A stretch of 64,000 nucleotides of DNA from positions 4,464,001-4,528,000 of the forward strand of contig CM075988.1 of NCBI GenBank assembly GCA_038087875.1. The letters run 5' to 3'. Each line of letters opens with the position of its first letter. Position 1 is the first letter of the stretch. The notes under the pieces were generated by a model. The model saw only the letters and a list, made by a program, of their open reading frames with translations, did no database searches and was not told where the DNA came from. Shown in pieces: positions 24,166 through 36,913 of the stretch. The position numbers and the translations under genes were made by a program. This DNA is from Malacoraja senta. Its lineage: Eukaryota.

Positions 24166-24640
24166 AGGGCCTGTCCAACTTGGCCGTTATTTGCACGCCA
24201 TTTACGCGACCTCCAAAAATGTGGCCGTCACGTTGTGATGCACGGGTAGCATGTGGGTACCGCGGGACGGGCGCATGGAGAGGCGTGGAGGAGTGTGGAG
24301 TTGCGCGCGGTATTGCGTGGCGATCCAGGATTACGCGCTGCACGAAATGCGCGCGCGCCACCTGCGTCACGTATCGCGTATGCACGCTGATGCATTGGGT
24401 ACGCACGCTGACGCATTGGCAGCCCCGACGTCTCACGTGTATCGCGTGGTGACGCATGGTTACGTCACCGTGCATAACCATGCATCGCCGCGCGCCGCAG
24501 GGTATTCTAATGACATCACGCGCAACAGACGGCATGATGACACATGATTTGCACGCGACGTCGCGCGTAATGGCGCGTCGACCTATTTTACATACGACGC
24601 ATAAATGAGACGCAAATGATGGCCAAGTGGGACAGGCCCT
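24166..24640. mobile_element. CpG-rich PIF/Harbinger-type MITE in a Penelope tail
   Basis: TIR agggcctgtccaacttggcc/ggccaagtgggacaggccct; TTA TSD at 24163-24165 and 24641-24643. Confidence 0.9.
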
Positions 24641-25145
24641 TTACAGTCCACCAGCTTTTTGTGTCTATGACACATCAACGAGGCAGGGTGCTGTTGATAC
24701 TGCTGTGTGCTTACTGTGTTATCTCGTAACAAGGACATTGTTGTGCATGATGGAGGTGGAAGGTGCTCGCTACAAGGCAATGCAGGTTAGATATCCACAG
24801 TAGGAATGGCAAAGTGAGGGACCTGCCTTTCGTCAAGGCGTGATCGCTGGTCAGTGCGGGCCTAGTGCGCTGAAGTTTCCTCGCAGTATCTCTCAAATCT
24901 AAATTTTAAATCTAAATCTAATTATTGAAGGTCTTCCTCAGTTAATGCAAGTGATTTTTTTTGTTTTAATTTGGTTCCAGATCTGGTAGGTAGCACACAC
25001 ATTAAGTTAATGTGCTGTAAGCATATCTCACACTCAATGTCCATCCCGTTCACAGGAGAACATTGTCCACCAGACCAACACCATCGTATTGCTTTAATGA
25101 CAAATACAAGAAATTCATTTTACCGCTGGTCTTTTCATAAATCAT

Positions 25146-26150
25146 AGTTTAGTTTTTTAGTTCAGTTTAGAGATACAGTGTGGAAACAGGCCTTTCGGAC
25201 CCCTGAGTCTGCACCGACCAGCGATCCTCACACATTAACGCTATCTCCACACACAATAGGGACAATTTACACTTATGCCGAGCCAATTAACGTACATACC
25301 TGTACGTCTTTGGAGTCTGGAAGGAAACTGAAGATCTCGGAGAAAACCCACGCGACCACGGGGAGAACTTACAAACTCCGTGCAGACAGCACCCGTAGTT
25401 GGGATCAAACCAGGGTCTCTGGAGCTGCCAGCGCTGTAAGGCAGCAACTCTATCACTGTGCTAGGACCAGAGGTAGGCCATTTGGCCCATCGAGTCTACT
25501 CCGCCATAACTGATCTATCTTTCCTTCTCAACCCCATTCTCCTGCCTCCTCCCCATAACCGCTGAATGAAACACACTGGACAGTGAGGCTGGGAACTGAA
25601 GCACAGAAGCAAAGAAGGCTGGCTGCTCCCAGCTGATCAGGCATCATCTGAAGGTGCCAGAAGACCTGCTGCCTCACCACACTAGTAACTCAGGTTCAAT
25701 CCTGTCCTTGGTTGCTGCTTGTGTGGAGTTTGCATGTTCCCCTGCCAGTTCCAGTTTCCTCTCTCATTCCAAAATTCTATGGGTTGGCAGCTTAACTGAT
25801 CACTGTGAAGGTGCCTTGTGGGTAAGTTGTAAAATCAGTGGGGGTGTTTGTGAACATGTGGTGAGAATATGTTACAGTGAAAGGTTATGGGGGAACAGGC
25901 CCTTCGGCCCACTGAGTCCACGCTGACCAGTGATCACCCCGTACACTAATACTATCCTACACACTGGGGAAGATTTACAATTTTATGGAAGCCTACAACC
26001 CTGCATGTCTTTGGAGTGTGGGAGGAAACTTGAGAACCAGGAGAAAAAACCACATGGTCACAGGGAGAAAGTACAAACTCCATACAGACAGCACCCGTAG
26101 TCAGGATCGAACACCGGTCTCTGGCAGTATCTCTACTGCTACGCCACTGT
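25146..26150. mobile_element. Cluster of HE1-type SINEs (25146-25460 -, 25655-25870 + old, 25885-26150 -)
   Basis: Family consensus. Confidence 0.8.
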
Positions 26151-26653
26151 ACAGCCCCAGTGCAGAGAAAACTAACCAGTAAAATGAGGAAGGGAGATAC
26201 TAGGAACTGCCGATGCTGGTGTATAAAAAAAGACACAAAGTGCTGGAGTTATTCAGCGGGTCAGACAGCAGTTCTGGAGAACATGGATAGGTGGCGTTGT
26301 GGGTCGAGGCCCTTCTTTAGGAAGGGGGCGGAGAAGAGCAACTGCTGGTGGATCTAGGAGAGGTGGGATGGATTGATGTATGGAGACGGGAAATGGGGTG
26401 GGGTGGAGAGGCTAGGATGTTTTTGTAGTGGAGGTAACCTGGGTCTACAGATAATGGCTTCAGATGGTAACGGAAGGAGGTGCATTGGGTTAACAATAGG
26501 TGGGGGGGGGGGGGGTGGACAGAGGGGATGGTGGGGGAAGGGGCCAGATGAAAGGAGCAGGGATGGGTGAGAAAAAGGCAGTCTGGAGGACAAGGGGTGT
26601 TGTGGGTGGAAGGGTAAAAGTGAGATGATTGTGGTGGATAGATTGAGTGAATG

Positions 26654-26990
26654 TGGCGAGGATGTTTCCACTAGTGGGAGAGTCTAGTACCAGAGGTCAA
26701 AGCCTCAGAATAAAAGGATGTACCTTTAGAAAGGAGATGCGGATAAATTACTTTAGTCGGAAGGTGGTGAATCTGTGGAATTCATTGCCACAGAAGGCTG
26801 CGGAGGTCAAGTAAATGGATATTTTTAAGGCAATTGACAGATTATTCATTAGGATGGGTGTCAGGGGTTATGGGGAGAAGGCAGGAGAATTGGGTTGAGA
26901 GGGAAAGATAGATCAGCCATGTTTGAATGGTAGAGTAGACTTGATGGGCCGAATGGACTATTTATGCCTCAATAATTTATGAACATATAT
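26654..26990 (+). mobile_element. CR1 3' fragment inside a minus-strand Penelope 3' region (26195-27070)
   Basis: gtgggagagtctagtaccagaggtc..gtggtgaatctgtggaattc; Penelope motifs on both sides. Confidence 0.75.
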
Positions 26991-27249
26991 ACATGATGGA
27001 CTGAGAGAGGGGACAGGTTACCTGAAATTAGTAGATTCACATTCATGCCATCGGGTTGTAGACTGCCGAGCCTATTGTGTGCCGAGTTTTACCCCATGCC
27101 CCCACACCCATCCACTCGCTATCTCCCCTCTACTCTTTCAATATAGAGGAAGGGTCCCGACCCGAATCAGCAAATATCCATTTCCCTCCATAGATACCGC
27201 CTTACTAACTAGGTTTCTCCAACAGTGTTAACATGAACTCTATTCCTCT

Positions 27250-27970
27250 TAGAGTCATCGTCATAGAATGATGGAGTGTGGAAACAAGCCCTTTGGACCA
27301 ACTTGCCCACACCGGCCAACATGTCCCAGCTACACTAGTCCCACCTGCCTGCGTTTGATCCATATCCCTCCAAACCCGTCCTATCCATGTACCTATCTAA
27401 TTGTTTCTTAAATGTTGGGATAGTCCCTGCCTGAACTGCTTACTCTGGCAACTTGTTCCATACACCCACCACCCTTTGTGTGAATAAATTACACCTCAGA
27501 TTCCTATTACATTTTTTCCCCTTCACTTTAAACCTTTGTCCTCTGGTCCTCAATTCACATACTCTGGGCAAGAGACTCTGTGGATATACCCGATCTAGAC
27601 ACAAAAAGCTGGAGTAACTCAACGGGACAGGCAGCATCTCTGGAGAGAAGGAATGGGTGACGTTTCGGGATGAGACCCTTCTTCAGACTCTACCCGATCT
27701 ATTCCCCTCATGATTTTATACACCTCTATAAGATCACGCCTCATCCTCCTGCACTCCATGGAATAGAGTCCCGGCCTACTCAACCTCTCCCTATAGCTCA
27801 GACCTTCTAGTCCTGGCAACATCATTGTAAATCTTCTCTGTTATCTTTCCAGTTTGACAACATCTTTCCTATAACATGGTGCCCAGAACTGAACACAATA
27901 CTCTAAATGCAGCCTCACCCAGGTCTTATATGAGTGCAACATGGCCTCCTAGCTTCTATACTCAACACTC
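27250..27970 (-). mobile_element. CR1 fragment interrupted by a Penelope tail (27596-27690)
   Basis: MLPGLEGLSYRERLSRPGLYS..; tacccgatcta duplicated around the insert. Confidence 0.88.
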
Positions 27971-29124
27971 AATACTTCTATACTCTTGCTACAGATGCTG
28001 CCCGACCCCCTGCGTATATCCAGTGCTGACTCTTTGTTGATATCCAACTTGTGCGGGACCCTTTGGCCTCATGTGACCAGAGTACATTTTAAAATAGAAG
28101 GATATTTCTAACCATACAGCGTAACGCAAATGAAGCCTGTAAATATCAGAATGACAAAATTAATCAGCTTGTGATGATCCAGCTCTAATCCAGAACTAAA
28201 CTCCTTAAATCCCTAAACTTTGCCAGGGAGCAGAAGTTTGGGTTAATACTTCCTGTTGAAAACCAAATTATTTTAATACAAATTATTTATTTCCAATCCA
28301 TTTTCCGATGGAACATTCATCACAAGTGCTTTTAGTCATTAAGCTGATGTTAAGGAGCCTTGCCAGTTTCAATTGATCTGAAATATTTTTCATCGCATTG
28401 AATAAATGGGCCTCGAGAAAGACAGACGGGAGGCACTGTGAATATGCACAGATTTTCCCGCTGTTAACCCAATCCATGCTCAGCGCACTCTGTTAATATT
28501 TAAACTGCGCTAAGTGAGTGGATACTGAGCATAATGGATAGTTGAACCGAGCAGATTTAATCAGGGAAAGCTGTCGTTTTTTTTCTTTGTCATGCCGGAT
28601 TAAGATTGTGTGTTTATTTAAACCGGGCAGATGTTTCAATCAGCTTCATGTAGAAAGGATGAATGCCGAGAGATGCACAATTTTTCTAATCCATTAAAGC
28701 GGAATCCATTGGTATGGGGCTTCCGAAGGGATTAGAATGTGATTCGCAGCATTATAAGCATGATCAGGTCTCCGCTCAGTGTTTTAAATATTTACATTCA
28801 TGCTTTCCAAATCACGTGAATTCAACTGGGGGAAAAACAAACAAATGGCTTAGAATGAGGAATCAGTGGAAAGTCATAATTCTGTGCAGGATTCGGACCC
28901 CGCTGAAACTTATTCAGCAGGGGTGCATAGCTGGAATAGTATAAAGGTGAAGAACCTAATCAAATATAATGAGTAGCTCATGGATCAACTACTCATCCCG
29001 CCACCTTAATCTAATCATAAGATCCCAAGCCAACATTTTCCAAGGAAGGCTTGAAGGAGATGTATCAACATTGCCCAGTACATCACAGATCCTGACCTGC
29101 CCACCATCAAAGGAATCTCTCGTG

Positions 29125-29680
29125 GGCCACAGTGGTGCAGCGGTAGAGTTGCTGTCTTACAGTGCCAGACACCCGGTTCGATACTGTACTTTTGTTTGTA
29201 CATTCTTCCCATGACCACGTGGATTTTCCCCGGGTGCTCCAGTTTCCTCCTGCACTCCAAAGATGTACAGGTTTGCAGGTTAATTGGCTTTGATAAAATT
29301 GGAAATTGTTCCTAGTCCTGAGCTACTATCTACCTCATTGGAGACCCTTGGACTATCTTTGATCATACCTTACTGGACTTTATCTTGCAGTAAGCTTTGT
29401 TCACATTATTCCCTTTTTCATGTGTCTGTACACTGTGTGGGTGGCTCGATTGTAATCATGTATTGTCTAGCATGCAGAATGGATAGCACGCAACAAAAGC
29501 TTTACACTGTACCTCAGTACACGTGACAATAAACTGAACTCAACGTGAAATAAACTAAACAGGATAATGCTAGTGTACGGCGATCGCTGGTCAGCGTGGA
29601 CTAGGTGGGCCGAAGGGCCTGTTTCTGCAGCTTGTCTCTAAACTAAACTAAGCTAAGCTAAACTAAACTAAACTAAGCTG
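29125..29680 (+). mobile_element. HE1 SINE interrupted by a Rex1-type tail
   Basis: SINE 29125-29312 resumes at ~29560. Confidence 0.8.
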
Positions 29681-29684
29681 AACT

Positions 29685-30060
29685 ATAGAAGGTGTTGTCT
29701 CAAAAGGCAGCCAGCATCATCAAGGACCCTGGCAATGCTCTTAGTTTACTCCTGCCATCAGGAAGAAGGTCTAAGAAAGGTCTGAAACCTATAACATCCA
29801 GGTTCATGAACAGCTTCTTCCCAACAACCATCAGGCTATTGAACACTATAAGCTCCAATTAAACTGCAAACTCCAAACTGTCTGAGTTCCACTGGATACT
29901 CTGGGCTTTTGGTTTTTGCACTGTATTGGGTTTTTTAAATTTATGGAACGTGTTTTTGTTTGTCTATTATATTATCTACTGAGTACAGTTCTGCACACCT
30001 GTCATGCTGCTGCTAGGAGTGAGAATTTCATTATTTCGTTCTGGAAGATATGACAATAAA
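29685..30060 (+). mobile_element. Rex1-type LINE 3' end
   Basis: KKAASIIKD..LLPSGRR..RFMNSFFPTTIRLLN. Confidence 0.75.
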
Positions 30061-33000
30061 GCCAGCCAATTTCTCTCTACCAACACTCTCCTCCGCATAG
30101 CAGAACTGGTCCTCACCCTTCCTCCAAGTCCAAGGCACAGCTATTCCTCTCACTTCCTCCAAGACATAGAAATAGAAAATAGGTGCAGGAGGAGGCCATT
30201 CGGCCCTTCGAGCCAGCACCGCCATTCATTGTGATCATGGCTGATTGTCCCCAATCAATAACCCGTGCCTGCCTTCTCCCCATATCCCTTGACTCCACTA
30301 GCCCCTAGAGCTCTATCTAACTCTCTCTTAAATCCATCCAGTGATTTGGCCTCCACTGCCCTCTGTGGCAGGGAATTCCACAAATTCACAACTCTCTGGG
30401 TGAAAACGTTTTTTCTCACCTCAGTCTTAAATGGCCTCCCCTTTATTCTAAGACTGTGGCCTCTTGTTCTGGACTCGCCCAACATTGGGAACATTTTTCC
30501 TCCATCTAGCTTGTCCAGTCCATTTATAATTTTATATGTTTCTATAAGATCCCCCTCATCCTTCTAAACTCCAGTGACTACAAGCTTAGTCTTTTCAATC
30601 TTTCCTCGTATGACAGTCCTGCTTTCCAAGGGATTAATCTCATGAACCTACGCTGCACTGCCTCAATCACGAGGATGTCTTTCCTCAAATTAGGAGACCA
30701 AAACTGTACACAATACTCCAGACGTGGTCTTACCAGAGCCCTATACAACTGACTCTTGACTCTTGAAGAAATGGTTTCCTTCCGATGAGAGGTCAGAGGA
30801 AGTGAGTTCCATAAAAAAGCCTATTGAAGGAACTACATGGGTCTGCAAGGTTGCCCATTTTCCAATCTACATAGAATAATAAGATCATAAGATCCCTTGG
30901 ATACCCGCACTTTCATGGGAGAAAAAACCCCAGCGTTTATGCAGTCCCTCCCTCTAAGATTCTTATATATCTCAATAAGGTCTACAAACTTATTTGAGGA
31001 CGACTGTTCGCTGGACGATGCAGGGGGAGGTGACGGCTGCAACAGGCCTTCATAAGTTCATAAATTCATAAGTGATAGGAGAAGAACTAGGCCATTCGGC
31101 CCATCAAGTCTACTCCGCCATTCATTCATGGCTGATCTACCTTTCCCTCCATGAGGCAGTGGAGGACAATTCACTGGATATTTCCAAGAGAGAGTTAGAT
31201 TTAGCTCTTAGGGCAAAATGAATCAAGGGATATGCAAACAAAGCAGGAACGGGGTACTGATTTTAGATGATCAGCCATGATCATATTGGATATATTAATG
31301 ATTTGGACGAGGGAATTGAATGCAACATCTCCACGTTTGAGGATGACATGAAGCTGGGGGGCAGTGTTAGCTGTGAGGAAGATGCTAGGAGGCTGCAAGG
31401 TGACTTGGATAGGTTGGGTGAGTGGGCAAATGCATGGCAGATGCAGTATAATGTGGATAAATGTGAGGTTATCCACTTTGGTGGCAGACACAGGAAAGTA
31501 GACTATTATCGAAATGGTGGCCGATTAGGAAAAGGGGAGATGCAACGAGACCTGGGTGTCATGGTACACCAGTCATTGATAGTAGGCATGCAGGTGCAGC
31601 AGGCAATGAAGAAAGCGAATGGTATGTTAGCATTCATAGCAAAAGGATTTGAGTATAGGAGCAGGGAGGTTCTACTGCAGTTGTACAGGGTCTTGGTGAG
31701 ACCACACCTGGGGTATTGAGTACAGTTTTGGTCTCATAATCTGAGGAAAGACATTCTTGCCATAGAGGGAGAAGGTTCACCAGACTGATTCCTGGGATGT
31801 CAGGACTTTCATATGAAGAAAGACTGGATAGACTCGGTTTGTACTTGCTAGAATTTAGAAGATTGAGGGGGGATCTTATAGAAACGTACAAAATTCTAAA
31901 GGGGTTGGACAGGCTAGATGCAGGAAGATTGTTCCCGATGTTGGGGAAGTCGAGGACAAGGGGTCACAGTTTAAGGATAAAGGGGAAATCCTTTAGGACC
32001 GAGATGAGAAAAACATTTTTCACACAGAGTGTGGTGAATCTCTGGAACTCTCTGCCACAGAAGGTAGTTGAGGCCAGTTCATTGGCTATATTTAAGAGGG
32101 AGTTAGATGTGGCCCTTGTGGCTAAAGGGATCAGGGGGTATGGGGAGAAGGCAGGTACAGGATATTGAGTTGGATGATCAGCGATGATGATATTGAATGG
32201 CGGTGCAGGCTCGAAGGGCCGAATGGCCTACTCCTGCACCTATTTTCTATGTTTATATGTTTGTATGGATGGCGGTGCTGGCTCAAAGGGCCAAATGATC
32301 TACTCCTGCACCTATTTTTCTATGTTTCAATGTTTCTAACCCCATTCTCCTACCTTCTCCCCATAACCTCTGACGCCCGTACTAATCGAGAATATATGTC
32401 TATCTCAGCCTTAAATATATCCACTGGTAGCCTCCACAGCCTTTAGTGGCAAAGAATTCCACAGATTCATCACCCTCTGACTAATGAAACTCCTCCTCAC
32501 CTCCTTCCTAAAAGAACGTCCTTTAATTCTGAGGTTATGACCTCTAGTCCTAGACTTTCCCACTAGTGGAAACATCCTCTTCACATCCACTCTATCCAAG
32601 CCTTTCACTATTCTGCATGTTTCAATGAGGTGCCCCCTCATTCTTCTAAACTCCAGCAAAGTGCAGGCCCAGTCCCGACCAATGCTCAGCATATGTTAAC
32701 CCACTCATTCCTGGGATCGTTCTCGAAAACCTCTTCTGGACCCGCTTCAGAGCCAACACATCCTTCCCACACGCGCATCAACCTTCCACCAACCGATGTT
32801 CCCGATGTTGGGGGAAGTCCAGAACCAGGGCTCACAGTTTAAGAATAAGGGGTAGGCCATTTAGGACTGAGATGAGGAAAAATCTTTTTCACCCAGAGAG
32901 TTGTGAATCTGTGGAATTCTCTGCCACAGAAGGCAGTGGAGGCCAATTCACTGGATGTTTTCAAGAAAGAGTTAGATTTAGCTCTTCGGGCGAACGGAAA

Positions 33001-33795
33001 CAAGGGATATGGGGAGAAAGCGGGAACGGGGTACTGATTTTGGATGATCAGCCATGATCATATTGATCACTGGCTCGAAGGGCCGCATGGCCTACTCCTG
33101 CACCTATTTTCTATGTTTCTATGTTTCTAACCGTCAGCACCCTTAACAACTTCCCCTTCGACTCCTCCCACTTCCTCCAAGTCCAAGGCACAGCTATGGG
33201 CACTCACATGGGCCCCAGCTATGCCCCTAGGGTACGTCGAACAATCCCTGTTCCAAGCATACATTGGCCATATCCACGAACTCTACCTCTGCTACATTGA
33301 TGACTGCATCGGTGCTACCTCCTGCACCCATGCAGAACTCACTGACTTCATTAACTTTAGTACTAATTTCCATCCTGCACTCAAATTCACTTGGAGCTTC
33401 TCCGACATCACCCTACCATTTCTTGATCTCACCATCTCCATCACAGGAGACAGACGATCAACTGACTTTTATTAAAAACCCAATGACTCCAACAGCTATC
33501 TAGACTACACTTCTTCCCACCCTGCGTCATGTAAAGACTCAATCCCCATCTCCCAATTCCTTCGTCTATGCCGCATCTGCGCCCAAGACGAGGTATTCCA
33601 TATCAGGACATCAGAGATGTCCTCATCGTTTAGAGAACTGGGGTTCCCCTCTCCCATCATAGATGAGGCCCTCACTAGGATTTCCTCAATATCATGCAGC
33701 TCCGCTCTTACTCCCCCTCCCCCACAGTCGCAACAGGGACAGAGTTCCCCTAGTCCTCATCTTCCATCCCATCAGCAGTTGCATACAGCACATAG
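30061..33795 (+). mobile_element. Penelope-like RT fragment split by the duplicated block (30061-30161 and 33138-33795)
   Basis: STNTLLRIAELVLTL continues as NNFPFDSSHFLQVQGTAMGTHMGPSYA..YIDDCIG..PFLDL. Confidence 0.85.
30162..33139 (+). repeat. ~2.98-kb direct duplication, copy A (composite of CR1 fragments)
   Basis: Colinear with 36914-39892 at offset ~6752, including all internal junctions. Confidence 0.97.
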
Positions 33796-34312
33796 TCAAA
33801 GGGTGTTGAATCTGTGGAATTCTTTGCCACAGATGCCTGTGGAGGCCAAATCAGTGGATATTTTTAAGGCAGGGATAGATAGATTCTTGATAAGTATGGG
33901 TGTCAGAGGTAATGGGGTTAGGAGGGAGAGATAGATCAACCACGATTGGATGGTGGAGTAGACTCGATGGGCTGATTGGCCTAATTCTGCTCCTATCACT
34001 TATGACATGGTCTACCATACTCCAATTCCTCCGTCCGTCTAATTCCCCACATGTTCCAGCATGTCACCAATCATCCATCTACCTATCAATCCACCCATTC
34101 AGCAGTCATCCCTCACTCCCACCGACCCATCCATCCACATCTCCCTCCCTTCCCCAAGCATCTAAACATCGGCCCGCCCAACTCTGTCCACACATCCATC
34201 CACACATCTGCCATTCCATCAACCATCAACTCCTTCCTCTGCCCATCCACCCACCCATCTCTGCCACCACCCAGCATCTCATACTTTCACCCTTCCATGG
34301 CAATACATATGT

Positions 34313-34602
34313 GGTGGCACAGCAGTACAGTTGCTTCCATACAGCGCCAGAGACCTGAGTTCGATCCTGACTATGGGTGCTGTCTGTACATAGTTTGTAC
34401 ATTCTCCCTTTGACTGCATGGGTTTTTATCCATATGTTTTGGTTTTCTCCCACACTCCAAAGACATGCAGTTAATTGGCTTTGGTAAAATTGTCCCCAGT
34501 GTGTAGGATAGTGCTAGTGTACGGGGTGATCGCTGGTCGACACAGACTTGGTGGGCCGAAGGGCCTGATTCCGCACTCTATCTCTAAAGTCTAAAGTCTA
34601 AA
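34313..34602 (+). mobile_element. HE1-type SINE
   Basis: tRNA head and (ctaaagt)n tail. Confidence 0.9.
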
Positions 34603-34636
34603 TACATCATACGACACTGCTCATTCTGGTTTCAAG

Positions 34637-34801
34637 CAAAGATCCTACAGCGAGCAAGATAGTCCACTCGATGAAAAAGACGTAGTACGGTCATGGGCAG
34701 ATTCATGGGTAATTTTCGGCCCCATTTCCGTAACCGGCTTCCGTCTCCGCACCAAAGATCCCATAGGATAATAGTGCGGAGACGGAAGCTGGTTACGGAA
34801 A
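34637..34801 (+). mobile_element. Truncated copy of the hAT MITE at 55680-56078
   Basis: caaagatcctacagcgagcaagatag...ccatttccgtaaccggcttccgtctccgcaccaaagatccc shared. Confidence 0.85.
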
Positions 34802-34885
34802 CCCCCCCCCCCCCCCACACACACACACAGACGCTGCCTCACCCGCTGAGTTCCTCCAGCACCGTAGCACTCTCTCTTTTACTTG

Positions 34886-35196
34886 GGGAGGCACGGTGGT
34901 GCATCGGTAGAGCTACTGCCTCACAGCGCCAGAGACCCGAGTTCGATCCTGACTACGGGTGCTCGTCTGCACAGAGTTTATACATTCTCCCAGGGAACTG
35001 CGTGGGTTTCCTACGGGATCTTTGGTTTCCTCCCACACTCAAAAGATGTACAGGTTTGTAGGTTAATTGGCATGGTATGGTTGCAAATTGTCCCAAGTGT
35101 GTGAAGGTAAGTGTAAGTGTGCGTGGATCGCTGGTCACCGCGGACTCAGTGGGCCAAAGGGCCTGCCTACCATGCTGTATCTCTAAACTAAACTAA
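34886..35196 (+). mobile_element. HE1-type SINE
   Basis: tRNA head and (ctaaa)n tail. Confidence 0.9.
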
Positions 35197-35475
35197 CCCA
35201 AAGGTAAAGGTTGGAAGGTCCATCACGAGTTCTGACCTCACCACCATTGAAGGGACTTAACAGAGTCGCTGCCTCAAAAAGGCAGCCAGCATCATCAGAG
35301 ATCCACACCACCGTGCCAGCAGGTGAAATGAGTATGTGGCCTGAAAACTGTAACGTCCAGGTTCAGGAACAGCTTGTTCCCTACAGCCATCAGGCTATTA
35401 AACACAACAACCTCAAATAAGCTCATGAACTACAGTATTATTGTTATTATTGCACTATCATTGTTTGTTTGTTTT

Positions 35476-35504
35476 TTATGTGCGTATGTGTGTGCGTGTG
35501 TGTG

Positions 35505-35553
<49 letters not shown>

Positions 35554-36442
35554 GCGTGTGTGTGCGTGTGTGTGTGTGTGTGCGTGTGTGTGCGTGTGTG
35601 TGCGTGTGTGTGCGTGCGTGTGTGTGCGTGTGTGTGCGTGTGCGTGTGTGTGCGTGTGTGTGCGTGTGCATGTGTGTGTGTGTGTGCGTGTGTGTGCGTG
35701 TGTGTGCGTGTGTGTGCGTGTGCGTGTGTGTGTGCGTGTGCGTGTGTGTGCGTGTGTGTGTGTGTGTGCGTGTGTGTGCGTGTGTGTGCCTGTGTGTGCA
35801 TGTGTGTGCCTGTTTGTGCGTGTGCGTGTGTGTGTGTCTGCGTGTGTGTGCGTGTGTGTGCCTGTGTGTGTGCGTGTGTGTGCGTGTGTGTGCCTGTGTG
35901 TGTGTGCGTGTGTGTGCGTGTGTGTGCCTGTGTGTGCATGTGTGTGCCTGTGTGTGCGTGTGCCTGTGTGTGTGCGTGTGTGTGCCTGTGTGTGCCTGTG
36001 TGTGTGCCTGTGTGTGTGCGTGTGTGTGTGCATGTGTGTGCTTGTGCGTGCCTGTGTGTGTGCCTGTGTGTGTGCGTGTGTGTGTGCATGTGTGTACCTG
36101 TGTGTGTGCGTGTGTGTGTGCGTGTGTGTGCGTGTGTGTGTGTGTGCGTGTGTGTGCGTGTGTGTGCGTGTGTGTGCGTGTGTGTGCGTGTGTGTGTGTG
36201 CGTGTGTGTGCGTGTGTGTGTGTGTGCGTGTGTGTGCGTGTGTGTGCGTGTATGTGCGTGTGTGTGCATGTGTGTGTGTGCGTGTGTGTGCGTGTGTGTG
36301 TGTGTGAGTGCGTGTGTGTGCGTGTGTGTGTGTGTGTGCGTGTGTGTGCGTGTGTGTGCCTGTGTGTGTGCCTGTGTGTGCGTGTGTGTGTGTGTGCGTG
36401 TGTGTGCGTGTGTGTGCGTGTGCGTGTGTGTGTGTGTGCGTG

Positions 36443-36476
<34 letters not shown>

Positions 36477-36506
36477 CCTGTGTGTGCGTGTGTGTGTGTG
36501 TGCGTG

Positions 36507-36557
<51 letters not shown>

Positions 36558-36596
36558 CTGTGTGTGCGTGTGTGTGTGTGTGCATGTGTGTGCGTG

Positions 36597-36637
<41 letters not shown>

Positions 36638-36783
36638 GTGTGTGTGTGTGCCTGTGTGTGCGTGTGTGTGTGTGTGCATGTGTGTGCGTGTGTGTGTGCG
36701 TGTGTGCGTGTGTGTGCGTGTGTGTGTGTGTGTGCGCGTGTGTGTGTGTGTGTGCGTGTGTGTGTGTGCGTGTGTGTGTGTGT
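35476..36783. repeat. ~1.3-kb imperfect (GT)n/(GC) microsatellite inside a Rex1-type 3' UTR (35265-36907)
   Basis: Visible directly; left flank RFRNSLFPTAIRLLN, right flank gacaataaatcactcttgactctt. Confidence 0.98.
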
Positions 36784-36913
36784 ATATACATTCTCATTTA
36801 TTATATTGTCTACAGTGTACGATGTTTACATATTCTGTTGTGCTGCTGCAAGTAAGAATTTCATTGTTCTATCTGGGACATGTGACAATAAATCACTCTT
36901 GACTCTTAGACAT

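Noticed and set aside
23885..24547. 216-aa GC-rich ORF and CpG-island/promoter appearance
   Set aside because: Lies across a TIR/TSD-bounded MITE and Penelope tail; no protein motif
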